NCBI GenBank assembly: GCA_042408215.1
Contig: JAYFMW010000029.1
Coordinates: forward strand, 96,866 to 160,865
Source of the DNA: Microcoleus sp.
Lineage (GTDB): Bacteria > Cyanobacteriota > Cyanobacteriia > Cyanobacteriales > Microcoleaceae
Direction of reading: 5' to 3'
Length of the DNA stretch: 64,000 nucleotides
The notes beneath the pieces were generated by a model that saw nothing but the letters and a program-made list of their open reading frames with translations, made no database searches and was not told the origin of the DNA. The position numbers were made by a program, and so were the translations under genes. The stretch's first letter is position 1. Each line of letters begins with the position of its first letter. Below, one piece after another: positions 18,888 through 28,448 of this stretch.

Positions 18888-21533
18888 TCAAGTCAAAATT
18901 AGACGCTCTTTAACTAAAGACAAATCGACCTTGCCAAAATTTACCACAAAAGCCACATTCAAATTTTCCAAAGATTTGATGAACCACCTAATCTCATTAT
19001 AACCTTTACCTTCATAGTGATTGAACAAAATAGAAAATCGTTTTTCCAAATCCGGTTTAACTTTGCGGGAAAGCAGTACAAGTTTAAGCATTAAACCCAT
19101 TGTTCTGCTGGGGCCGAGGTTGTACACCAAGTCGTAAAAAACGTAGTGGCTGGGATCTGTAAGATTTTCTACTACTAAAAAGTTGAACAATTGATGACAA
19201 GTCCGAACTAACAATAAATTATTTAACTTCACCGAGTCATTTTCTGGGAATGTATTTCTGATGTGCTTGTACAAGCGAGAGTTAAATAGATGCCCGCCGT
19301 ATTGTGGTTCGACCGAAGATATTAAATATTCATACAAGTTCACTTTAAACGATTGATAAGATCGAGTGTTTCTGGCATCTCTCAGGAAAAACAGAGCCGC
19401 TTCTTTATAGGTGCGATCGCCTGCTACTTTTCCGGCAAATTCCCTGACAGCTAAGTGCAGTTCCGCGTCCTTCAAAAGTGTCGGATTTGCCGCCCGCTCC
19501 ACAATTCCGATCTCTGTATTTCTCGGCTCAACTAAATAATTTAAATATTCAGATAAATCCCTTTCAAATTGCCGTCTTCTTTGAGCTTGCAGGCGTTTGA
19601 TGGTTTGTTTGTCTTCCTCAATGCTGTCCTTGCTCAGCAAAGAATGACCGTATAAATAAGGATAGCGATAAATTAATTCGCCCAAGGCACAATTCGACTC
19701 TTTTTGGTGCGGTTCAGGCTCTTTTTCTAGGGCTTTCACCAAGCGCTCTAAAGTGATAAATTCTGCACTTTTGGTAAAGAAAGTTATTTGCTCCTGCAAC
19801 CGCTTGACTATATAAAATTCCATCCCGAATCGGGGAGAATTATGCTTAAATAAAGCGATTAATTGAGCGATCGCCCATTGGTCTCGCGAGTGCAATTGCC
19901 AGCGGTTGATCGCGATGTAGCAGCAGCGGTGGAGGATATATTTAAAATCCCGATCCGAGCGCTTCACAGAGACAATACTGTACAAAGTTGCTTCAATTTC
20001 TCGATCGGGATAGCCCATACCGTCGATAAATAGCTGCCGGAATCGTTCGATCACCTGTGTTGGCGATTCTTTTTGCACGCAGTCGGCGATGTGAGCGTAC
20101 AATCTCTGCTCGTTGCTGCTAGCTGGAAGAGTGTCTAAGGACAGCAGACTGAGAATATTACTATCTGCACTGGTGTCTACAACTTTTGTGGCAACGACTT
20201 CTGGTTTTCGAGGCAAATCTCGATGGGGATACAAGAACCAATAGTGTTCTTGACTGAGTTGTTTATTCGCCGCCCAATCCAAAGCTGACTGCAAACTTTC
20301 ACCAGTTAATAACAGCGATTGATCTTCGCGATCGGAAGCCAGCCATGCTGTCAGTGCTTGTTTGTACGGAGCCAGATTTCCCAATTCCTTTTCCACCCAA
20401 AATCGATTAAAAACCGACTGATAAATTAGGTTGCCAACTATTAATTTGCCTTGATATTTAACCACCAATCCTGACATTTCCAATTCCCTTTGTTCGGGAG
20501 AGGAATCGACAGAGACTCCCCCTACTTGTCCGGGGTTTTTAGGTCTGGGCGGTGGCAAAATTTTCTGGTACAGGGCTAGCAACCGACTGGGGTCGCATTT
20601 TCCAGATAAAATGCGTCCGCGAAGAGTCGTCAAATGTTCGGGTTCGTCCCAATCTTCCCAATTTTTAATAATTCTGGTTTTCACCAGTTTTTCCACCTGC
20701 TGGGCTTCGGAATTTCTGCCTATAAAAGACCCGTATTCAAGTACCAAGTAGCAAAGCTTTTGAGTCAAAAACGGTTGACCACCCGTCCAAGCTAATATTG
20801 CTTGGATCACTTTTTGGGGGCGAAAAGCTTTGAGGGCTAATCCTTTTGCAAGCGGCAAACTTTCGTGCAGTTGAAATCGGCTTAAATTAATTGCCCTTCC
20901 AATCTCAAAAGGATTGCAGCTTTGCTCTGGCATCAATTCTGAGGGGGATGCTGCTCCCAGAACCGCAAAAGTAAGGCGTTGGTATTCTGGCTGAGTGGCT
21001 CGCTTGGAGTAACAAGTTCCGAGCCAAGCAAAGAAATCATTGACACTGAAATTTAAGCTGAGGATACTGTCAATATCGTCTAGGAAAATTACTATATTTT
21101 GCGAAACTGACTTGAGCAGAACTTTTTCGATAAATATATCCAATCGCTGTATCGGGGATAGTAATTCGCGATCGTTCCACCACTTGATGGCATCAAACCT
21201 ATTGGTGAGGAGCAAACTAGAGGCGATGCGGTACATGATTCCCGCATACCATTTTTGGGGGGAGATATCTGGGCTGCTGATGCTTCTCAAGTTAATGGTG
21301 GCAAAAACTGTACCTTCTGCTTGCAACCTTTTCGCGGTTTGCACCAGCAGGCTGGACTTTCCCATGTGCGGCGAACTCAGCACATAGCAGAAGTGTCCGG
21401 CTTTGAGAGCTTCGTAAAGTTCGTCGTCAGCGGGCCGCCTGACATAGGTGGGGGCACCAGCAGGCAGATATCCTCCGACTTGATATTGATAGGTTGAGTT
21501 TACTTCTACTGTCACCTGCTGCTGATTAATCAA
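18888..21533 (-). CDS. AAA-like (AAA_35-type) P-loop protein fused to a helical C-terminal domain
   Basis: [50 protein letters not shown] start uncertain. Confidence 0.85.
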   Translation of the reverse strand: MINQQQVTVEVNSTYQYQVGGYLPAGAPTYVRRPADDELYEALKAGHFCYVLSSPHMGKSSLLVQTAKRLQAEGTVFATINLRSISSPDISPQKWYAGIMYRIASSLLLTNRFDAIKWWNDRELLSPIQRLDIFIEKVLLKSVSQNIVIFLDDIDSILSLNFSVNDFFAWLGTCYSKRATQPEYQRLTFAVLGAASPSELMPEQSCNPFEIGRAINLSRFQLHESLPLAKGLALKAFRPQKVIQAILAWTGGQPFLTQKLCYLVLEYGSFIGRNSEAQQVEKLVKTRIIKNWEDWDEPEHLTTLRGRILSGKCDPSRLLALYQKILPPPRPKNPGQVGGVSVDSSPEQRELEMSGLVVKYQGKLIVGNLIYQSVFNRFWVEKELGNLAPYKQALTAWLASDREDQSLLLTGESLQSALDWAANKQLSQEHYWFLYPHRDLPRKPEVVATKVVDTSADSNILSLLSLDTLPASSNEQRLYAHIADCVQKESPTQVIERFRQLFIDGMGYPDREIEATLYSIVSVKRSDRDFKYILHRCCYIAINRWQLHSRDQWAIAQLIALFKHNSPRFGMEFYIVKRLQEQITFFTKSAEFITLERLVKALEKEPEPHQKESNCALGELIYRYPYLYGHSLLSKDSIEEDKQTIKRLQAQRRRQFERDLSEYLNYLVEPRNTEIGIVERAANPTLLKDAELHLAVREFAGKVAGDRTYKEAALFFLRDARNTRSYQSFKVNLYEYLISSVEPQYGGHLFNSRLYKHIRNTFPENDSVKLNNLLLVRTCHQLFNFLVVENLTDPSHYVFYDLVYNLGPSRTMGLMLKLVLLSRKVKPDLEKRFSILFNHYEGKGYNEIRWFIKSLENLNVAFVVNFGKVDLSLVKERLILT

Positions 21534-21993
21534 GATGATGCACCTCTATGTTGTCCGATCGAAAGGTTACAAATTGCAATTATTGCCAGTTGACTAGGGT
21601 AGAAAATTTTTGTGCTTTTTTCTCCATTATGTACTAACTCACTGTTCTTTTTCTGAATCTCGATCGTATCTTTGCAACCCTAAATCTTCCGAGGGAGCGA
21701 TCGTCACCTCGCGCCTTTTTCTTTACACTTATTCACAGATCTGCGTGAATTTTCACTCTCGCCCGATCGAGAACCCCAAAAAGCTTTTGTGTTTACATTT
21801 TTTTCTAATAATATAGCAGTCGCCCTTGGGAGGTAAATCGCTGAAACCCTTAATAGTTAACCATCCTAGGACCGACGACCGACGACCGAATCCTGACTCC
21901 GGCTATACTTGAAAATTCACTCGGTGGTAGGATGTCGGCTGGGAAACTCATCACCGCAGCGCCCTGAAGGCTAGTTCAGCAATAGCAGCCCAT

Positions 21994-22018
21994 AAAAAAC
22001 CCCAGCGTTTTGCTGAGG
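21994..22018 (-). terminator. intrinsic terminator
   Basis: CCUCAGC-AAAAC-GCUGGGG-UUUUUU on the minus strand. Confidence 0.65.
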
Positions 22019-22275
22019 ACTGCTTGAGTGGGAGATCTCGTTAATCTGCGTTTTTTTAGTTGACTGAGATGGCATGGAATTCCATGCTGTTAAAAGATGC
22101 GCCCTGATGGATTAACTACCCGATGGATTAGCACCCTGATGGCATAACTCCCTGATAGATCAACGCCCTGATGGCTGTCACTCCACTACCCAAAAAAATC
22201 TGGTTGGTGGAAGATTGTGGACACTACTAACACGTCACTTCCGGCGTTTCTGATCGCTCAGGGTGTGCCTGTCTA
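21994..22275 (-). ncRNA. candidate sRNA with five CCAUCAGGG motifs
   Basis: promoter-like TTGTAT-18-CATAAT (22310-22281), five motifs about 16 nt apart, hairpin + U6 terminator; no convincing ORF. Confidence 0.35.
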
Positions 22276-22571
22276 AATTGATTATGGCAGGCAGATTTCT
22301 CAGAATACAAGTGGGCTATTGCATCAACCCACTTCTGACGGATCGGATTTGCCAAAAAGTGTCAATCTCGCAAATCAGGGTCATCGAACATGAAATACAG
22401 CATCTTAGTTTTAGGCGTATTCGATCTAGGTAGCGCCACTGCAACTGCGATCGCCCCACAACAAAAAGCAGCTAACAGGTTGACGGCGTTTGAGAGTCAT
22501 CCCGACTTCAGCTACACTGGAACGAATGAGGATGGGGACCAAGAAGAGGTAGAAACAGGTAAAGGCTAGAA

Positions 22572-22869
22572 TTGACACTCCCCGGTCTAAAGACACGGGG
22601 ATTCTTAAGGACAAACTTTGGGGGATGAATCCACCCAAATCTTGATTCTTAAAGGGTTTGTCAATAACCCACTACCCACTCGCCCATTGCTGAGTCTATG
22701 GCTACTTGTGGTAGGCATTTGCTTCCCAGACCTGCGTCTGTGTATCCATCCCACATTTTTCTGGTAACAGAATGTGGTTTGTGTCTTGCATAAAGAGGGC
22801 TGGCTGGATAAATCCTGCAACGCCCTTTCATCCCTGGACTAAAGTCACAGGGTTTTCAGGGTATTCTTT
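22572..22869 (-). mobile_element. non-autonomous IS200/IS605 (TnpB-type, PATE-like) element
   Basis: related hairpins CCCCGGTCTAAAGACACGGGG and CCCTGGACTAAAGTCACAGGG near the two ends; on the minus strand it follows TTAT and ends in GTGTCAA. Confidence 0.75.
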
Positions 22870-23049
22870 ATAATTAGCGCGGAACTGATTGTCGTTGTTG
22901 TCTCTAACCGCCTCCGGGAAGAGGCGGTTCAAACTCCATCCAGCTATTAGTCTACCTAAATCCCAGGGGTGAATGGGAAAATAAACAGGTAGGGCCAGGA
23001 ATAGGGTGGAGTTTCCCCATCTCTAAACCTCCTTACCTTCGATCGGGCG

Positions 23050-23664
23050 ATGCGGATCTGGCACAATCGTATTTCATCTCGTAAAAACCCAATGGAAAAT
23101 ACTCTCGCGACTACTCGCAGACTGCGGGTATTGACAAGAACCCAGGAACGGCGTCAGGCGACACCCAAAGAAAAAGATCTAATTCACCTGCTGGCGAATA
23201 TAGCTTGTAGTTTGGTGAAGTACGACTACAAACACGCCAGCAGTAAGGGGGTGATCCCGCCATCGGAACGGAAGTGTTTAGCTGAATGGCACTACCTGCG
23301 ACTTGAGCAAATTCGCCGGATCGAACGCTCCCTAGAGCCCGTAGCTACCCTTAAGCGCGTCTACTACAAGACTATTCTCAGTCCGAGGGATCTGAAGTCT
23401 TTGAAACTTCAGTGGCTTGAGGAGGACAAAAACCGGGTCAAGCGGGTCGATCCTGACTTGGATGATATACTCAGCGAAGCTTTGGATCGGGGAGATACCT
23501 TGAAACAGCTATTTCAGACGCTCGAAGCCAAAGAACGCACATTTTCGGCAACTCCCGGCCCTGGCGTGGTGCCTCTGTGGGTCAAGGAGTGGGAAAACTC
23601 GGGCTATGACATCAACTTTTTTCCGCCTTCGTTCTCTGCATGGGCTTCGATCGTGGACGATTAG
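23050..23664 (+). CDS. hypothetical protein
   Basis: 204-aa ORF (start may be ATG 23092); no recognised motif. Confidence 0.55.
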   Translation: MRIWHNRISSRKNPMENTLATTRRLRVLTRTQERRQATPKEKDLIHLLANIACSLVKYDYKHASSKGVIPPSERKCLAEWHYLRLEQIRRIERSLEPVATLKRVYYKTILSPRDLKSLKLQWLEEDKNRVKRVDPDLDDILSEALDRGDTLKQLFQTLEAKERTFSATPGPGVVPLWVKEWENSGYDINFFPPSFSAWASIVDD

Positions 23665-23994
23665 GCTCAAGAAAAACTCTTGGGACATCTGGGAAAAATC
23701 AAGTCTCTTAGCAGGCCCGATGCGTAACCCCTACTCCCCACAAGAGTTTTTACCAGAGGTCTTTGGAAATGGCAACGATCCCCTTCGGGGGCTACGCTAA
23801 GGTCCAATCCCATAATCATCCACTTGATTTGCCATTACGGCCATTTCCGAAGACAGTGCCTGCGACAGGCTTAGCTAGCCCATTAGTACGCAGGTATCCG
23901 ATCGGATCGAAGTGAATCGGAGTCAGTACCATTGTACAATGGGGAAAACCAGGGCTTCAGTTAATAGCTGATAGCTGATAACTGATAGTTTCTC

Positions 23995-24711
23995 ATGACT
24001 GACTCGATTTCAACTTCTCCCTTAAACTCGACAGCCGATACAGCCGAACTCCGCTCTCAGTTACGATCGGGTTCGGAAAAAAGCCAACTGCAACTGCTAC
24101 AACAACACATAGCAGATTCCGGTTGGGATGTATTGATGGAATTTTTATTAGAGCGCAAGTCAGAAGCGCCAACTCCGGTAACGGGCAAGGTTTACCAGAT
24201 TCTTTACAGCGCTGATTCAGAGAGAGTGACGGCATTTTTGCAAGGGAATTTTCCCACGGGGATTGTGCCACTGCGATCGGACTCAAACATTGACTACACT
24301 CCACTGCAACAGTTGCTAGCCATACAAGAGTTTCAAGAAGCCGATCGCTTGACTTTAGAGAATCTTTGTGCATTGGCGGGCGAGAAGGCTTCCGTGAGAA
24401 AATGGCTGTATTTTACGGAAGTAGAGAGTTTGCCGGTGGCGGATTTGCAAACAATTAATACGCTGTGGAAAGTTCATTCCGAAGGCAAATTCGGATTTTC
24501 GGTGCAACGGGAAATTTGGCTGGGTTCGGGCAAGAATTGGGATAAGTTGTGGCCGCTAATTGGCTGGAAGAAGGGGAATAATTGGACGCGGTATCCGCAA
24601 GAGTTTATTTGGGATTTGAGCGCGCCTAGGGGGCATTTGCCGCTGTCGAATCAGTTGCGGGGAGTGCAGCCGTTTTCGGCTTTGATGGCTCATCCGGCTT
24701 GGTTAAAATGA
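23995..24711 (+). CDS. gun4: GUN4 porphyrin-binding Mg-chelatase activator
   Basis: DYTPLQQLL, ADRLT, SEGKFGFSVQ, WTRYP, APRGHLP. Confidence 0.92.
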   Translation: MTDSISTSPLNSTADTAELRSQLRSGSEKSQLQLLQQHIADSGWDVLMEFLLERKSEAPTPVTGKVYQILYSADSERVTAFLQGNFPTGIVPLRSDSNIDYTPLQQLLAIQEFQEADRLTLENLCALAGEKASVRKWLYFTEVESLPVADLQTINTLWKVHSEGKFGFSVQREIWLGSGKNWDKLWPLIGWKKGNNWTRYPQEFIWDLSAPRGHLPLSNQLRGVQPFSALMAHPAWLK

Positions 24712-25013
24712 AGGGTTTGGGATTTTTTGGGGAAGGTGGGGTGGGCTGGATGTTCGGCCCACAGTTGTTGGTGGGGAGATGGGGTTTTAATATTTAACCG
24801 CAGAGGGCGCAGAGAGCACAGAGGTAGAGGAATGAAGAGAATAGGGCGATCGTAAAAAACCCGGTTTCTGATGAGAAAAATCCTGCATCTTTGAGAGAGA
24901 TATTGAGATAGAAACCGGGTTTTTGGCCATCCTGCGTAAATCCTGCTTTTAAGGAATGTTGGAAAATTTTGTATAATAGATATTTCAACTAATTAGCAAG
25001 AGGGCTGGGAGTC

Positions 25014-25574
25014 ATGGTAAGTATTGGAACCAAACTCACTTTAGCAAAATTTCTAGCTTTGCCCGACGGAGATGTATATTATGAGTTTGTAGATGGTCAA
25101 GCAGTTCCTAAAGTGTCTCCAAAATTTTTTAATTCGACTTTACAGTTTGCTTTGTGTCGCGTAATTCGTGGATGGTGTAAAGGACGCGGGCGAGTGCTTC
25201 CCGAATGGGCAATTTTGTTAAAACGTCTGGGTAAAGATTGGGCACCTGTTCCAGATTTAACGTACATTTCTTATGAACGTTTACCGAAAAGTTGGCGACG
25301 GAATGAAGCTTGTCCCGCAATTCCTGAAATGGCGATCGAGATAATCTCTCCCGATCAAAGTATGAAGGAATTTGAAGAGAAGGCGAAAGATTATTTGGCT
25401 GCGGGTATTCCGCGAGTTTGGGTAGTAGATCCAGAGGCTATCTTAATTAGAAGCTTTTTTCCCGATGGTTCGAGTCAAGTTTATATGGATAATACACCGA
25501 TTGTGGATGAGTTGCTGCCTGGTTTGGAATTGACGACTAGACGGATTTTTGAAGAAGCGGAATTGATTGATTGA
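25014..25574 (+). CDS. Uma2 family (PD-(D/E)XK) endonuclease
   Basis: YEFVDG, PVPD, AIEIISP, VWVVDP, LLPG. Confidence 0.9.
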   Translation: MVSIGTKLTLAKFLALPDGDVYYEFVDGQAVPKVSPKFFNSTLQFALCRVIRGWCKGRGRVLPEWAILLKRLGKDWAPVPDLTYISYERLPKSWRRNEACPAIPEMAIEIISPDQSMKEFEEKAKDYLAAGIPRVWVVDPEAILIRSFFPDGSSQVYMDNTPIVDELLPGLELTTRRIFEEAELID

Positions 25575-25609
25575 TTGCGGGCGATCGCTTTCACATTAAA
25601 CTCGTAAAA

Positions 25610-26329
25610 CTAAAGACTTTCATTGAGTTGTTTCATATCCCCTTGCGGCTGCACTTGCTTGTGCAAACTAATTTTATCACCCACTTCATACCCAGTGTTA
25701 AAACCGGCTTCGCTGCTGATTTGAGAACCCGTTCTGGTTTTAACTTTAGCACCTAGGTTCTCTAAATAATCTGCGATCGCTTGTTGATTTTTCTCAAACA
25801 TCGATCGCACCACAATCCCCGGAGTCGCCGCCACATCCCCCGATCCCGGAATCCCCGACTCTTCCATCTCCTGCTTTTGTTCCAATAATCTTTGTCTCAA
25901 TCTCGTCGCGCAGCCAACCCGAAAAGCATTGAGATACGCCAATCCTCTCCCACTTCCTTTGCGGTATTTGGCCCTCCGCTCGATCGCATGACTCAAATAC
26001 TCGTAAAGGTGCGTACAAACAATCAAGTTAGTAGAAGTTCCCACCAAAAACATACTACCAGTATAACTGTTTCGCATTGCATTGCAACCGTTAGCTTCGG
26101 CAATTCCCGAAAGTAAAATCATTTTCCAAGTCACATAGCGCGGTGTAGTTTCCACTCCGCTTTCGCTAATCTCTTCCTGTTGATTCGGGCCTAAGTCGGC
26201 GAGGCTAAGATTATATTGTGCTAGCAAAAGAGAAGCTTTTTCTGCCGCCGCAGTCGATTCGTTTTCATTGGATGAAGTGGCGAGGGCTAGCAGCTTTTTG
26301 ATTTTATCGAGAATACTTGTATCTGCCAT
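25610..26329 (-). CDS. DUF2786 domain protein
   Basis: KIKKLLALATSSNENE...A..LLAQYNLS; NAFRVG. Confidence 0.85.
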   Translation of the reverse strand: MADTSILDKIKKLLALATSSNENESTAAAEKASLLLAQYNLSLADLGPNQQEEISESGVETTPRYVTWKMILLSGIAEANGCNAMRNSYTGSMFLVGTSTNLIVCTHLYEYLSHAIERRAKYRKGSGRGLAYLNAFRVGCATRLRQRLLEQKQEMEESGIPGSGDVAATPGIVVRSMFEKNQQAIADYLENLGAKVKTRTGSQISSEAGFNTGYEVGDKISLHKQVQPQGDMKQLNESL

Positions 26330-26417
26330 TGTTCGATCGGTTTTAGGGTGAGAGTACGCGGTGGTAAGGATTTGGGGATATTTCTATTTTAGTATAGCGT
26401 GGAATGTGCGATCGTAT

Positions 26418-26996
26418 TTTTAAGATAATGTCATTCAGGGAATAGGATTTTTTTGAACCGCAGAGGCCGCAGAGGGCGCAGAGAGAGAAAGAAAGTTCTG
26501 GAGGGATTGACAACGTAATTATGTCATTCTGAGTGAAGCGAAGAATCTCAAAATCTTGGAACACCATGACTATCCGTAAGTCTTATTTAAGATAATGTCA
26601 TTCAGGGAATAGGATTTTTTTGAACCGCAGAGGCCGCAGAGGGCGCAGAGAGAGAAAGAAAGTTCTGGAGGGATTGACAACGTAATTATGTCATTCTGAG
26701 TGAAGCGAAGAATCTCAAAATCTTGGAACACCATGACTATGCGTAAGTCTTATTTAAGATAATGTCATTCAGGGAATAGGATTTTTTTGAACCGCAGAGG
26801 CCGCAGAGGGCGCAGAGAGAGAAAGAAAGTTCTGGAGGGATTGACAACGTAATTATGTCATTCTGAGTGAAGCGAAGAATCTCAAAATCTTGGAACACCA
26901 TGACTATGCGTAAGTCTTATTTAAGATAATGTCATTCATGGAATAAGATTTTTTTGAACCGCAGAGGGCGCAGAGGGCGCAGAGAGAGAAAGAAAG
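26418..26996. repeat. ~3.5 x 167-bp tandem repeat built from REP-like motifs
   Basis: TAAGATAATG at 26421, 26588, 26755, 26922. Confidence 0.92.
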
Positions 26997-27026
26997 AAGT
27001 TCGCAACTCATGGGCGGATTTGCATA

Positions 27027-28241
27027 TTATTCGAGGACTTCTAGGACTGATTTTGGTGACAATTTATCTTTAAACCAGATGACTTTTGCTGGGACTTCAT
27101 TTACTTTTACCCCGGCTTTTTCTAAATTCAGTCTTTCGGAAATAGCCAAAATTAAATGATCGCATTCGGACTTATGTACTTGTGCAAATTTCTTTTGTAA
27201 ATACTCCGGCCGCCAATAACCGACTATTTCTAATAAAAATACTCTTCCGTCTGGATGCACTAACCGAAAGTCGGGAATCATTACGCTTCCGGGAATTGGA
27301 ATTAATTCAACTTCTCGCTCTAGTTTCCACTCGGTTTTTGTGGAATTCCATCTTTCGGCAAATGCTGCTTCTAACATACTATCATAGGGTTTCCCTGGTG
27401 GATAGTGGCTGACTAATCCGCAATCTGAATCTAGGCTAAATTTACCTGTTTTTAATACACCACTAAAAGGGTCTTTTGTTTGCAGTGTTGAGTGCATACT
27501 CCATTTTGTGACGTGTAGCAGGGCGGGTAGCATTTTTGCTAGGGCTAACCCGTAGCGGGTGCTGGGTTTGAATAAGCTTGTCGGCCCGTCTATTGTGAGG
27601 GTGAAACCATGTTCGGCATCGCCTTCTATGTATGTCATTAGTTGAAATAGTTTCAGATAGCGAAATAGGAGTTTGTATTCTCCTGGATCGTTGCGGTGGG
27701 CGTTTAATTGGACTTGACTTGCGCGGTAAAATATGCCTTGGACTTGAGAAAGGTTGTACCGATGTAGCAATGCTTCTGGTGTGGGTGCGTCGAATTGGGT
27801 GAAGATTTTGTTTTCGTTTAAATCTGCGTATAAACCTGTGCTGATTTCGCTGGGTAAAACTTCTCTATTTAAGTTTTGGCTTAGTTCTAATGCTAGTTGT
27901 TCGAGGGTTGATTGGGTAGAATTAGTGCTGGGTACGGATTGCGCTGCGAGGGCAAATACGCGCTGTCTCAATGCAATTGGTTCTAGGGGACTGATGATTT
28001 CAAAGGTGCTGAAACCGCCTCTAAGTAAGTGAGCAAATCCGCGTTTGAGCCGATAATCGGGGCTGTCTCCTTCTAGTTCTTGCAAGCTTTTGTCTAGTTC
28101 GCCTTGGGTTTTGCCGATCGCACTTTGGAAGCAATCAATCATTTCGGTGGCTGCTTCTAGGTTTTTAGCGTCTATCTTCAGGCGTAAGGGGACGATCGAT
28201 TCCCCATTTTGGCGGTGACTTAGTAACTCGGTTGGTAGCAT
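27027..28241 (-). CDS. DUF790 family predicted nuclease (Bax1-like partner of XPB)
   Basis: YADL, RYNLSQVQ, DGPTSLF...RYG, IPDF, LEIVGYWRPEY. Confidence 0.9.
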   Translation of the reverse strand: MLPTELLSHRQNGESIVPLRLKIDAKNLEAATEMIDCFQSAIGKTQGELDKSLQELEGDSPDYRLKRGFAHLLRGGFSTFEIISPLEPIALRQRVFALAAQSVPSTNSTQSTLEQLALELSQNLNREVLPSEISTGLYADLNENKIFTQFDAPTPEALLHRYNLSQVQGIFYRASQVQLNAHRNDPGEYKLLFRYLKLFQLMTYIEGDAEHGFTLTIDGPTSLFKPSTRYGLALAKMLPALLHVTKWSMHSTLQTKDPFSGVLKTGKFSLDSDCGLVSHYPPGKPYDSMLEAAFAERWNSTKTEWKLEREVELIPIPGSVMIPDFRLVHPDGRVFLLEIVGYWRPEYLQKKFAQVHKSECDHLILAISERLNLEKAGVKVNEVPAKVIWFKDKLSPKSVLEVLE

Positions 28242-28285
28242 TTGTTATTTTTAACGAACCGCGAAGGTGCGAAGAACGCGAAGGG
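28212..28285. repeat. 74-bp direct repeat, left boundary of the PIWI-RE island
   Basis: near-identical to 36755-36828; contains the first 10 codons of DUF790. Confidence 0.85.
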
Positions 28286-28381
28286 TACGCTGATGGGTAT
28301 TTGTTTAGTTATACCGCTTTTGGAATCTTTGCTGTGGGAAGCTTTCAGGGCTAATAACCCATTTTTAACAGGAAAAACTTG

Positions 28382-28445
28382 TTGACATTTTGCTTTACAT
28401 CATTTAGTGTAAACACAGATAGTGTAAAAAGCCAGGTGCTTTACA
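28382..28445 (+). promoter_or_regulatory. sigma70-type promoter of the PIWI-RE operon with TTTACA/TGTAAA operator-like half-sites
   Basis: TTGACA(28382)-17-TAGTGT(28405); half-sites at 28394, 28408, 28423, 28440. Confidence 0.6.
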
Positions 28446-28448
28446 GTC

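Noticed and set aside
18652..19002. 116-aa ORF with 21-aa repeats
   Set aside because: Translation of the 63-bp tandem repeat, overlapping the end of an opposite-strand gene.
21812..21907. TATAGC...GCTATA possible MITE
   Set aside because: Only 6 bp of perfect inverted match and a single copy in the window; not enough support.
26418..26996. 167-bp, 169-bp and 47-bp arrays as CRISPR or PIWI-RE guide arrays
   Set aside because: Units are identical along their length with no variable spacers and are built from genome-wide REP motifs.
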